Of a DNA stretch of 64,000 nucleotides, positions 17,622 to 27,140 are shown piece after piece. The translations under genes and the position numbers were made by a program. Positions within the stretch are counted from its first letter, which is position 1; the number at the start of each line of letters is the position of its first letter. This DNA is from Candidatus Thorarchaeota archaeon (GTDB lineage: Archaea; Asgardarchaeota; Thorarchaeia; Thorarchaeales; Thorarchaeaceae), in NCBI GenBank assembly GCA_021498125.1, contig JAIZWL010000001.1, positions 773,434 to 837,433 of the forward strand, written 5' to 3'. Below the pieces are notes generated by a model. It was not told the origin of the DNA, did no database searches, and saw only the letters and a list, made by a program, of their open reading frames with translations.

Positions 17622-19622
17622 CTAAGCAGCAATCACGTCTGTGAACAATTGGTTGACGATCTTAGAAGCCTCTTTGTATCGTCGGGGTTCTACCATCTCA
17701 AGATCTGCGACTGGTGGGAACTTTGTATCAAACAAGGCCGCAAATTCTCTGAGTCGGTATCGCAATTCAAATGATTCGTCCGTTGCTATGAGGACAATGA
17801 TCCGCATTTTCGTATGTTCCATCATGAGTGTGAACCCCTCATGTGTTATAGAACGAAGTTTTCCACTTGACCCCATCATCTGTCCACTAAAGGACCCGAC
17901 TGCTGCGATGAACCCTGCGATGATCGAGCTGTCCATATCAAGGGGTTCGTCAAAATAGTGAACAAACTCTGTGAGACCCGATTTTCTGTCAATTGCAATT
18001 AGCGCATAAATTATCGGTTGGTGAACCTGTCTTGGTGAACCCGGATGTTTGAATGCAGATACTCGATCAAATGATTTACCAAAGCTCGTATCGATTGGGA
18101 GTTCTTCGTGCGTCTCGATTCTTTGAAGTCTGGCAGTCGCCTCAGCCTCCATGACGTTATCTTCGGTGAATCTTGCAATCCCAAGTACACGCTCAAGATA
18201 TCCTCTTGCCTCAAATTCTCTTCCTGCAAGATTTAGCAGGTCACTCTTCAAAAGTAAAATTCGTCCTCTTAACGAGTTCATTCGTTGTTCCTTGGCAATC
18301 TGTGCAAGGTCGTCTAGGTGGTACATTGCTGAATCGATTAGGTCTGACAGATGTGATTTCTTATACATATGAATGTAGGTTCTAGCAAGTTCAAGCTTTG
18401 ATCGTATGAGCATCTCGAAAACGTTCTTTTTCTTAGCCAGCGCAAGTTCTTCCTCATAGATCTTAATTGCCTCAATATACTTTCCCTGAGCTGCATCCAT
18501 TATTCCTTTAGCGTGAAGATATGCACATTGTTCCAGTGGGTTCTCAGTTGTCTTGGCTAATTTTTCAGCCTGTTTCAAATACTCTTTTGCCTCGTCAATT
18601 CTGTCCAGCCTAGACAGAAGATCACAATAGAGGGTATAGACCTGCAATAGCCCCCGCTGTGTCTTCAGATCGAGTCGTAGTGCCTCCTTAAAATATCCCT
18701 CTGCCTCATCATAGCGACCCAATAATGTGGCGATCTCTCCAAGATTAGTGAGAGTGACCAATCGGGCTGAGTCCGTGTTCATGTATGTGAGCGCATCTTC
18801 AAAGCACTCAAGTGCGTCTTCGAGGCGTAGGGAGTATGTCATCATTGAGCCAAGGTTGTTCAGGGCCATTCCTACTCCAAGTTTGAAGGATAGTCTCCTG
18901 CTCTGATCTTTTAGTCGATAGTAATGTTCCTCTGCGGATCGCATGTTCCCTACCAGATGACTGATATTGCCACGAAGATTCTCGGTGAGCGCTAACATCA
19001 TTCTGTGGCCTTTTTTCTTAGCCATGTCCTCAAGCGTATCTGCAATTCTGGATGCCTTAGTTGCCTCTCCGACCTCTCTCAATATGGTTCCTACAACATA
19101 GAGTGTGAACAGGGTCTCTGTGAGAGGATTTTCTATTTGCTCAGGGTATGTTTCAAGTAGGTTGTCAAATTCCATGACGCATATGATGACACTCGTATCC
19201 CGCTCCGCGGCTGCCAACAGTATTTTGACAGTACTTAACCGGACCTGATCATCTACTGGCGACTCTTCACTGATGATCTTCTCTATAATCTGCTTGGTCT
19301 CTCGGAGACCTGCGATGTCTGACAATACAAATAATGCAATGGCCTTTAATGCAAGAATATGCGTGTCCTCAATATCACTGGATAGAAATAACACCTCTGC
19401 AAGGCGTCCGCGGGCCAGTGCTGCTTCCACTCCAAGGCTCAGTACGGACTTGTTTTGATTCTCTTTCATGCACTCCTTTGTAGCAAAATCAATAGCAGTA
19501 TCTGTGAAGGCAATATATTCGTCATTGTTCATTTCTATCTTCTTTTCTACTGCCCTCGTGAACTCCGCCCAAGGAATGGCCGGATCGTCTTTATAATGTG
19601 CAAATTCTTTTGGTATCTGCAA
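17622..19622 (-). CDS. TPR-repeat protein with a C-terminal longin/roadblock-like alpha/beta domain
   Basis: Central run of 34-residue TPR-like helices ('ALNNLGSMMTYSLRLEDALECFEDAL', 'YLHAKGIMDAAQGKYIEAIKIYEEEL' and others). The C-terminus shows a beta-beta-alpha-beta-beta-alpha pattern ('IIYALIAID...EFVHYF...SIIAGFIAAVGSF...LRSITHEGFTLMMEH...RIIVLIATDE'). Confidence 0.7.
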   Translation of the reverse strand: MQIPKEFAHYKDDPAIPWAEFTRAVEKKIEMNNDEYIAFTDTAIDFATKECMKENQNKSVLSLGVEAALARGRLAEVLFLSSDIEDTHILALKAIALFVLSDIAGLRETKQIIEKIISEESPVDDQVRLSTVKILLAAAERDTSVIICVMEFDNLLETYPEQIENPLTETLFTLYVVGTILREVGEATKASRIADTLEDMAKKKGHRMMLALTENLRGNISHLVGNMRSAEEHYYRLKDQSRRLSFKLGVGMALNNLGSMMTYSLRLEDALECFEDALTYMNTDSARLVTLTNLGEIATLLGRYDEAEGYFKEALRLDLKTQRGLLQVYTLYCDLLSRLDRIDEAKEYLKQAEKLAKTTENPLEQCAYLHAKGIMDAAQGKYIEAIKIYEEELALAKKKNVFEMLIRSKLELARTYIHMYKKSHLSDLIDSAMYHLDDLAQIAKEQRMNSLRGRILLLKSDLLNLAGREFEARGYLERVLGIARFTEDNVMEAEATARLQRIETHEELPIDTSFGKSFDRVSAFKHPGSPRQVHQPIIYALIAIDRKSGLTEFVHYFDEPLDMDSSIIAGFIAAVGSFSGQMMGSSGKLRSITHEGFTLMMEHTKMRIIVLIATDESFELRYRLREFAALFDTKFPPVADLEMVEPRRYKEASKIVNQLFTDVIAA

Positions 19623-19779
19623 TTATTTCCTCTCGTTCTTTCTTTATACCATACAGTATTGGTTTTTTTGGTGATGGCCTTCAGACGAATTTTACGCTCT
19701 AATTTTTATAATCTTCCTGTTTCACTGAAAAAGGTTTTAAGGTAAGGTTTGTTATACAAACCATACAGTTCAAAATGAC

Positions 19780-21180
19780 TTGGAGTGTACACTGGTGTTT
19801 GATAAACTTGAGAAGGCTCTAGAACATGGCCAGGACTTGGGCGCAACATATGTGGAATTGCGTGCGGAGGACGGCTTTATCGAGTATCTGCAGATGGATG
19901 ATGGACGGATCAATGCCCTGACCCAGAGAATCGAACGGGGTGTTGCTATCCGTGCTCTCGTCAATGGTGCATGGGGTTTTGTTTCGACTGGAGAATCGGA
20001 GCAATTACCTGAAGCAGTTGTGAGTGCCTGTAAGATGGCACGAGCAGCGGCAGCCACAAGAAGAGAACCGATCACGATTGCAGAAGTAAAGACGTATGAG
20101 GACGTTGTCAAGAGTGAGGCCCGAATCGATCCTCGCCATGTTTCAGTAGAGGAAAAAGTCGGATATATGCGCGAAGTCACACAGGCGATTCAGGATTATG
20201 ACAAGCGTATAGCAGCCGTCACATTGAAGGTTCGAACAGCCTCTGGGACCAAATACATTGCGACTTCTGAAGGGACACGCCTGCAGATGCCTGTCAATCT
20301 GGTATGGGTGTATCCTTGGGTGACTGGCAAAGATGGTCCCAAGATGAGTGCTGCAAGAAATGAAGAGGCTACTACTCTTGCCGGATGGGAGTTTGTTTCA
20401 GATGTTGCTACACCCGAGGTCGTGGGTATTCCCGCAGCTCGACGTGCAATTATGCAGCTCGAGGGAGTCGCCGCAAAGGCTGGGTCATTCCCCTGTATTC
20501 TTGGTCCACGTGTCATTGGTGTGCTTGCTCATGAGGCACTTGGCCACCTAGCTGAGGCTGATCTGACGGCGACAAGCGCATTTGCCGGGAAGCTTGGTGA
20601 GGTTGTAGCTGCTGAGGGCGTGAACATGACGGATGATGGAACCGATCCTGGCAATATTGGGACCTCTAAATATGATGATGAGGGAGTGCCAGCAAGTCGG
20701 GTCGAGATCATCAAGGACTCTGTTCTCACCGAATTAATGACCAACCGCGAATATGCAGCCAAGATGGATATGAGGCCAACTGGCAACGCTCGTGCGGAGA
20801 GCTATCTATATCCTCCCATCGTCAGAATGCGGAACACGTTCTTTGAGAAGGGTGACTTTTCCTTTGAAGAACTGTTCGAAGATATTGAATTTGGATACTA
20901 TTGTGTTGATTTCAGAGGCGGACAAGCTCAGATGAATGCGAGTTTCCAAGTTGGTATTCAGGAGGCCTTTGAGATAGTGAATGGTGCTGTAGGTCGGCCT
21001 GTCAAAGATCTCTCAATCTCCGGTATTGCAACTGATTCGCTATTCAAGATCGATGCGGTCTCGAACGAGGACTTTCCATTCGAGACTGGTCGTTGCGGCA
21101 AAGGTCAGGAGGCCTTTGTATCATCTGGTGGTCCGAGTATTCGGTTTCTGAAAGGTGGCATCACCTTTGGAGGGAAATAG
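19780..21180 (+). CDS. tldD: TldD-family metalloprotease
   Basis: 'HEALGHLAEAD' (HExxxH) motif and TldD/PmbA architecture. TTG start at 19780. Confidence 0.85.
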   Translation: MECTLVFDKLEKALEHGQDLGATYVELRAEDGFIEYLQMDDGRINALTQRIERGVAIRALVNGAWGFVSTGESEQLPEAVVSACKMARAAAATRREPITIAEVKTYEDVVKSEARIDPRHVSVEEKVGYMREVTQAIQDYDKRIAAVTLKVRTASGTKYIATSEGTRLQMPVNLVWVYPWVTGKDGPKMSAARNEEATTLAGWEFVSDVATPEVVGIPAARRAIMQLEGVAAKAGSFPCILGPRVIGVLAHEALGHLAEADLTATSAFAGKLGEVVAAEGVNMTDDGTDPGNIGTSKYDDEGVPASRVEIIKDSVLTELMTNREYAAKMDMRPTGNARAESYLYPPIVRMRNTFFEKGDFSFEELFEDIEFGYYCVDFRGGQAQMNASFQVGIQEAFEIVNGAVGRPVKDLSISGIATDSLFKIDAVSNEDFPFETGRCGKGQEAFVSSGGPSIRFLKGGITFGGK

Positions 21181-21191
21181 GAGGGACTGAT

Positions 21192-22553
21192 ATGATAGAT
21201 GAAAAGAAATTGCATGAGCTCTGTGAGTTTGGTATTAAGAGAGGCGTCGATGGTGGCGCTACGCAGATCGAGATTCATGCTCAGATTGTCAATGAACTTG
21301 AGAGCAGTGTGGAACTTGGTCAGGTCAATAGTGTCAATCGAAAAGATGGTACAGAGATCGCCATCCGTCTGTACATCGGTAAGAAGATGGGCAGTACGTT
21401 CACGAACATACCCTCTGAAGAGGCGATTGGTGAGGCTGTTGATATGGCTCTGGGCGCTGCGCGTGTGGCCACAGAAGATCCGGACTTTGTGGGTCTTTCC
21501 AAGCCTGCAACATATCCTGAGATCGAGGGCCTTTGGAATGACGAAGCTGCAAAAGCCGAAGCGGAACGTGTTGTGACAGATTTGACAAAGGCTGTTGCTG
21601 GCTCTGTTGAGAAGGATCCTCAACTTGTACCCGCAATGGCCATGGTCGGCACCGTTGTCTATCGAAATGTCTACATGAATAACAATGGGGTCGACACCTC
21701 AGAACGTGGGACGATTGGGTATGTTGTTTTAGGGGCTGTTGCGCAGACCGAGTCGGGCATGACTCCTATGGTCTTTTCTTTCGACATCCGTCGGGGGATA
21801 GACTTTGACTCAGAAGCAGTGATTGACGAAGTAGTCAAGTTTCTACGCCTCTGCAAGACTCCTGTCAAGGGAAAGGGTGGTAGTCTTCCGGTAGTGATGC
21901 ACCCCATGGCATATGGTTCGATAATGAACTTCACAGTTTCCAAAGCTATCAGGGGTGATAATGTTGCACGAGGTAAATCTATCATCGGTGACAAGATTGG
22001 TGAAACCATAGCCTCACCAAAGATCACGATATACGATGATGGGACACATCCGCGAGGGATTACCACTTCTCTCTCAGATGATGAAGGTGTTCCCCGGCAA
22101 AAGACACCAATAATCGAGAATGGTGTTCTTCGATCATTCATCTGGGATACGTACTGGGCCAATAAGATGGGGGTCTCCAGCACAGGTAATGCTCGACGCG
22201 ATATGCGTCAGGGTCTGGTTGAGATCGCTCCAACTACTATGGTCATCGATCCCGGTACGAGAAGTGTTGATGACATTATCTCCGAGATCGAATACGGGTA
22301 TTATGTCCAATCTGTTCAGGGCGCACATAGTTCCAATCCCGATTCGGGTGACTTTAGCATCGTTGCAAATCCTGCGATCCTTATTGAGAATGGTCGGATG
22401 ATTGGGCAGGTTCATGGTCTGATGATCTCAGGGAATGCCTTCGATCTCCTTATGCAAGTTGCAGAGGTGGCCAACACTCCTATCTATCTCCAAGAAATGA
22501 TCGGCCCGGAAATTCTGTTCACCAATGTCAATGTTGTGGCTCGTGAGGAATAG
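21192..22553 (+). CDS. pmbA: PmbA/TldE-family protein, partner of TldD
   Basis: Pairs with TldD. ATG at 21192 lies 11 nt after the tldD stop and is preceded by GGAGGG. The ORF table opens earlier at 21093, overlapping tldD. Confidence 0.8.
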   Translation: MIDEKKLHELCEFGIKRGVDGGATQIEIHAQIVNELESSVELGQVNSVNRKDGTEIAIRLYIGKKMGSTFTNIPSEEAIGEAVDMALGAARVATEDPDFVGLSKPATYPEIEGLWNDEAAKAEAERVVTDLTKAVAGSVEKDPQLVPAMAMVGTVVYRNVYMNNNGVDTSERGTIGYVVLGAVAQTESGMTPMVFSFDIRRGIDFDSEAVIDEVVKFLRLCKTPVKGKGGSLPVVMHPMAYGSIMNFTVSKAIRGDNVARGKSIIGDKIGETIASPKITIYDDGTHPRGITTSLSDDEGVPRQKTPIIENGVLRSFIWDTYWANKMGVSSTGNARRDMRQGLVEIAPTTMVIDPGTRSVDDIISEIEYGYYVQSVQGAHSSNPDSGDFSIVANPAILIENGRMIGQVHGLMISGNAFDLLMQVAEVANTPIYLQEMIGPEILFTNVNVVAREE

Positions 22554-22560
22554 ACTCACT

Positions 22561-22596
22561 GGAGCTGTAAGCGTGCAGCTCCCCCTTTTTCTTTTT
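22561..22596 (+). terminator. Hairpin (GGAGCTG-taagcgtg-CAGCTCC) followed by CCCTTTTTCTTTTT, an intrinsic terminator after pmbA
   Basis: Perfect 7-bp inverted repeat followed by an oligo-T tract. Confidence 0.6.
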
Positions 22597-22702
22597 CAAG
22601 CAAAAGCATATCTGTGATAGTATGCTGCTGAATTGTTGTACTTGAATGCGGTGATGAACACTGACGCGCGTCTACTCTCTGGTCATACTCACACTACTCT
22701 CT

Positions 22703-25700
22703 GTGCCAATGATCATGCCTCTTCTGGTTGTGCCTCCTGTGGCATCGATGAGGTTTACCCCTCTCCCCGGTCTACAAGTCATCGACTCGATGCTTGCGCA
22801 CGAGATTGAGAATGCACACTCCTCTAATGGTCTGGCGAGTTGTACCTCTATCCGTGCAATTCTTCAGTTCACCCATGAGTTGTCCGGCTCGCAGATTGAG
22901 CTGGCTGAATCTTTTGGGGTACGGCTCTTGAAACGAGGTTTCACTCCCATTCATGTTGGTCCTGTCTATCTTGCCGAAGTTTCGGATGAGGCATCACTTC
23001 AAACGTTGACGGCGATCGGTCTTGTTCGTGCCTCTCCCGGCTCTAAACAATTTTATCCGTCACTCTCTTCATCCGTTCCTGCTACTAAAGCAACTGAGGT
23101 TCGACATAAGCTCACAAAAGATGGTTCGGCCATTGATGGTAGCGGTACGCTTGTTGCGGTCTTGGATACTGGTGTTGACTGGTTGCATCCTTCATTTTGG
23201 CGAGTGACAACATCTCCGCTCAATGTTATCCAGAGTGGTGGGGACTACTATGTTGATCTGGATAATGACTCGGTCCCAGATTCAAATGAGGGACCGATCG
23301 TAGTCGTTCAACAACAGAATCCCTCTTCAATCGAGGTTTCGAACGAGTACATGTACATCGACGTTAAGGATAACGGTAACTTCGACTTGACCGATGGTGA
23401 CCGATGGCTTGCGGGTGTTGATGCAAATGATGATGGCGTGATCACCCTGAGCACAGAACAGGTCGTTGTTCTTGGCGAGCCCAAAGTGGCTATCTTTTAC
23501 GATCAGCACTCTGGTAATGTGTATGTGCGTGGTGTCAATCTCACTTCGAGTGCATTGTATGTGGGCGATGATCACGGGCATGGTACACATGTTGCCTCGA
23601 TAATCGCGGGTGGGCAGCCGGGCTATACTGATATGGTTGGTGTGGCCCCGGGAGCAGACATCTTGGCGATTCGGAGCCCATTAATGTCCGCTGATATTCT
23701 TGACGCTATCTTTTTCGCGGCTCAAAACGATGCCGATGTTATCAACATGTCTTTTTCCAGCTTTCTCGGTTTTCTTGATGGGACTGATGTTGAGGATGTT
23801 GCAATCAGCGAGGCCATGCGCGACTATGGGCTTATTGCATCTCTTGCATCAGGAAATCTGGCCGGTTCTCAAAAGCACGCCAGCTTTGAGGTTCAATCAG
23901 GCGCGAGGGTAAATGCGTCCTTTACAGTATCGGATCCCCCTGACTACTCATTCCTCAATATTCTATGGTACAGCTATGACGACGATGAATATGTGACTCT
24001 ATACTCCCCCAATGACGAGTCGATCGAGATAGGACCGTTCAGTGAATACACTGGAAAGAGTTTCGAGGTCAATGCAGACGATCTTCGTGCGTACGTCTTT
24101 GCAGACACGAGCATAAAGGGGACGAACCGTATTCTTGTGCAGGTCTCGCAATCGGATCACTTCTGGACTGATGGCACATGGAGGGTCGAAGTACGGAATC
24201 CTGCTGGTGAGACCGTTGATGTCAATTGCTTTGTCTGGGCTGGCGCTTGGTCTGATACGCACCTTCGTTTTACTTCACACATTGATAATTTACATACACT
24301 CAGTTCTCCCGGGACCGCCGACCTTGGGATCACCGTCGGTTCTTGTTACGACTCCTTGACCTCGATTTCCGGCTCATCAGGAAGGGGCCCCCGCATTGAC
24401 GGACGGATCAAACCAGAGGTCGTAGCTCCGGGTGTAGGGATTAATGCTGCTCGTAACAGTCTGACCAGTCTTTGGACTGTCAGGAGTGGAACCAGCATGG
24501 CTGCGCCTCATGTTGCTGGTGTTCTTGCATTGATCCGTCAGGCCTCCTCCGTTGACTCTCCTTGGATCGCATATTCAGCTCTTGTACAGGGTGCCGGAGG
24601 ACTCGCAGGTCATAAGAGCATACCATTACCCGACTGGGGATTTGGGGCGGTTGATGCATTGACATCAGTTAGACATGTTCTCTCTCTCAATGTCAGTTCG
24701 GGTTCTACTGAAGACGATTGGGCTGGGATTCCTCTTGCTTTTGGTCCCAGTGAGGACAGCTCGCTCAATGCTACTCTTGATATCGTGACCACGCGAGTGT
24801 ATCCCACAGTCTCTGAGTTAGATGTGGAGGTCACAATGCGTGCTGCTCCCGATTTCTCTGGTGGCAATACTCTGACCATTGAGTGGGACACTGATAATAA
24901 TGTGGCCACCGGTCATAATGGTGCAGAGATGAAGATCGAGATATCTGGTGGGACAAGTACACTCTATCAATGGAGCGGTACTGCTTATGTCGCCACAAGT
25001 ACGACTGTTGGGTCTCATATCTCAGGCAAGTCTGTGTTGGTCCATGTCGGCGTGGGTGCAGATCTTCCCTGCAGATTGAGTATATCCACATTCAACTCGA
25101 CTGATGCGGCCATTGATGACACAGGCTGGTTTTCTCTCACGAACACTTGGCGTCCACTCATTACAGATGCCACGATCAATCACGCAGCGTCTACATGGAC
25201 CTTCGATTTTACACCATCTGATATTGACACTCCAATCACTTCGCTCTCCTACTCATGGAAGGTGGTCGATGGAGACCTGAAATCTCTGGCGTCGGACAGT
25301 GGAGCATGTACTACGCATTTGACTCTCTCTGTAGACACAGCAGCTATCCCGACTCTTGATTCACCCAGTTTGAGTCTAAATATTTCCGATGATCTGTCCA
25401 CGCTCTATGCTCCACTTGTGATCCTCTCGGGAGGTCTGTCAGTACGGGTTGCAGTACAAGATGCCAGTCTTGATGCATATACCATAACGACAGGTCCATT
25501 CCTTAATGGGATGATCACAGGCGAGATCAACGTCACAGGTGAGATGTTCATTGACTCTGTAAGTCTGGCACTTCATTCCTCTGTTGGTTATTGGCTCAAC
25601 TTTACGCTTGAGGGCAAGGATGGTGTGTATCCGATCTCGGTCTCGGCCAATAACATCGCTGATGGGTCCTACGATGCCTACGCTGTCGTAAAGGACTTGG

Positions 25701-25834
25701 GTGGTGGCTCGATCCACTATCTGATGGGGACTCTTCACATAGTGACTGATTATTCAAGGGTTATTATCATAACCGCAGTAGTGGTAGGAGTCATAGTTAT
25801 AATCAAGCTGTACAAGATGAGAACTCCTCCCTAA
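22703..25834 (+). CDS. Subtilisin-like serine protease (S8) with a C-terminal TM anchor
   Basis: Asp 'VAVLDTGVDW', His 'GDDHGHGTHVASIIAG', Ser 'SGTSMAAPHVAGVLAL'. C-terminal 'VIIITAVVVGVIVIIKLYKMRTPP'. GTG start. Confidence 0.9.
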   Translation: MPMIMPLLVVPPVASMRFTPLPGLQVIDSMLAHEIENAHSSNGLASCTSIRAILQFTHELSGSQIELAESFGVRLLKRGFTPIHVGPVYLAEVSDEASLQTLTAIGLVRASPGSKQFYPSLSSSVPATKATEVRHKLTKDGSAIDGSGTLVAVLDTGVDWLHPSFWRVTTSPLNVIQSGGDYYVDLDNDSVPDSNEGPIVVVQQQNPSSIEVSNEYMYIDVKDNGNFDLTDGDRWLAGVDANDDGVITLSTEQVVVLGEPKVAIFYDQHSGNVYVRGVNLTSSALYVGDDHGHGTHVASIIAGGQPGYTDMVGVAPGADILAIRSPLMSADILDAIFFAAQNDADVINMSFSSFLGFLDGTDVEDVAISEAMRDYGLIASLASGNLAGSQKHASFEVQSGARVNASFTVSDPPDYSFLNILWYSYDDDEYVTLYSPNDESIEIGPFSEYTGKSFEVNADDLRAYVFADTSIKGTNRILVQVSQSDHFWTDGTWRVEVRNPAGETVDVNCFVWAGAWSDTHLRFTSHIDNLHTLSSPGTADLGITVGSCYDSLTSISGSSGRGPRIDGRIKPEVVAPGVGINAARNSLTSLWTVRSGTSMAAPHVAGVLALIRQASSVDSPWIAYSALVQGAGGLAGHKSIPLPDWGFGAVDALTSVRHVLSLNVSSGSTEDDWAGIPLAFGPSEDSSLNATLDIVTTRVYPTVSELDVEVTMRAAPDFSGGNTLTIEWDTDNNVATGHNGAEMKIEISGGTSTLYQWSGTAYVATSTTVGSHISGKSVLVHVGVGADLPCRLSISTFNSTDAAIDDTGWFSLTNTWRPLITDATINHAASTWTFDFTPSDIDTPITSLSYSWKVVDGDLKSLASDSGACTTHLTLSVDTAAIPTLDSPSLSLNISDDLSTLYAPLVILSGGLSVRVAVQDASLDAYTITTGPFLNGMITGEINVTGEMFIDSVSLALHSSVGYWLNFTLEGKDGVYPISVSANNIADGSYDAYAVVKDLGGGSIHYLMGTLHIVTDYSRVIIITAVVVGVIVIIKLYKMRTPP

Positions 25835-25856
25835 CATCCTCGGAGAATGAACGAAC

Positions 25857-27140
25857 ATGAAGCTCGTGATTGTTGGATATGGGCCCGGTGGTGTGGCTGC
25901 AGCAGTGGCCGCTAAGATATCCGCCCCTGAGACTGAGGTAACTATTCTCACTAAAGAAACACTTCCAGCTCATAGAAGACCTGGCGTGACCATGGCATTT
26001 AGATCAATAACAGCCGGAGACCTCACAATATCTGAGTGGTCTCCCAAGGCTCTATCCAAGAAAGGGATCAATCTCACGCAAGGCGTCACCGTTGTTGGAG
26101 GTGATGTTTCCCGAAAGGCTCTCTCTGTTAAAGATGCCAAGGGTGAGAGCCAGATCAGGTACGATAAATTGATTCTTGCGACTGGTGGCCGCCCTGTCAT
26201 TCCACAGATTCCAGGGGCCGATTTGAAGGGAGTCTTCACCGTTCAAGATTTGGCCGATGCTCAGAATGTGGCTAAAGCACTTGAAGACGCAAATTCTGTT
26301 ATCATTGTCGGTGCCGGGTTTAGCGGATTAGAAGCTGCAGAACAAATCTTAGCGCTTGGTAAGGAAGTCCATCTGATTGTCAGATCACGTCTGCTGCGAC
26401 GACTGCTTGAACCCAGTATGAGCGATGAACTTGTTAAACGATTACCATCACGGCTTCATGTACATATTGGCAAGAGTCCGGATCGGGTGCTTGGCACCAC
26501 TTGTGTTGCTGGTCTTTCTCTCGGGGATGATAAAATCGATGCGGACATGGTTCTCTTCATGACTGGTGTTCGCCCTGAGACCAGTCTTGCTGAGAGTCTG
26601 GGACTCAAGATCGGTGATCTTGGCGGGATCGTGGTCAACGAACTCATGGAGACCTCAGTTCCAGAGGTATATGCTGTAGGGGACTGTATCGAGTCGCGTG
26701 ATTTTCTCACCGGTAAACCAATTCTCCTTCCCGTGGGCAGTGCGGCAGCTCGGGCCGGGCGTCAGGCTGGAATGGCCGCAATTGGTCGTGACAAGGTGTA
26801 TCCGGAAGTGACTCTCCGTTTTCAGTATGACCACATCTTCTCTACTGAGATAGTGACCGTCGGATCTTCCACAACACAGGCTTCAGACTATGGGCTTGAG
26901 ACCCTTGTCGAGACCATGTATGATCCTGCCGAGTTTACGCACGTGGCCATTATCACTGACAAACAGCATCGGATCATAGGCGGGCAGGTCTTATCTGCCA
27001 GAATGGCCTCTCCTATAGGCTACCAGCTTCTCAGACGGGTGGAAGAGGGTGCCACGTTGGATGCGCAGCCCCTCACCAAGTTCAGGCATGAGGCATTCAG
27101 GGCTGCATTGGAAGAGGCCCTTGGCCCGATCAATCCCTGA
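25857..27140 (+). CDS. FAD/NAD(P)-dependent pyridine-nucleotide-disulfide-family oxidoreductase
   Basis: Two Rossmann GxGxxG motifs ('IVGYGPGGVAAA', 'IIVGAGFSGLEAA') and 'ILATGGRP'. No N-terminal redox Cys is evident. Confidence 0.8.
   Translation: MKLVIVGYGPGGVAAAVAAKISAPETEVTILTKETLPAHRRPGVTMAFRSITAGDLTISEWSPKALSKKGINLTQGVTVVGGDVSRKALSVKDAKGESQIRYDKLILATGGRPVIPQIPGADLKGVFTVQDLADAQNVAKALEDANSVIIVGAGFSGLEAAEQILALGKEVHLIVRSRLLRRLLEPSMSDELVKRLPSRLHVHIGKSPDRVLGTTCVAGLSLGDDKIDADMVLFMTGVRPETSLAESLGLKIGDLGGIVVNELMETSVPEVYAVGDCIESRDFLTGKPILLPVGSAAARAGRQAGMAAIGRDKVYPEVTLRFQYDHIFSTEIVTVGSSTTQASDYGLETLVETMYDPAEFTHVAIITDKQHRIIGGQVLSARMASPIGYQLLRRVEEGATLDAQPLTKFRHEAFRAALEEALGPINP

Noticed and set aside
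21105-21623. 172-aa minus-strand ORF spanning the tldD/pmbA junction
   Set aside because: Overlaps two well-supported plus-strand genes. No motifs.
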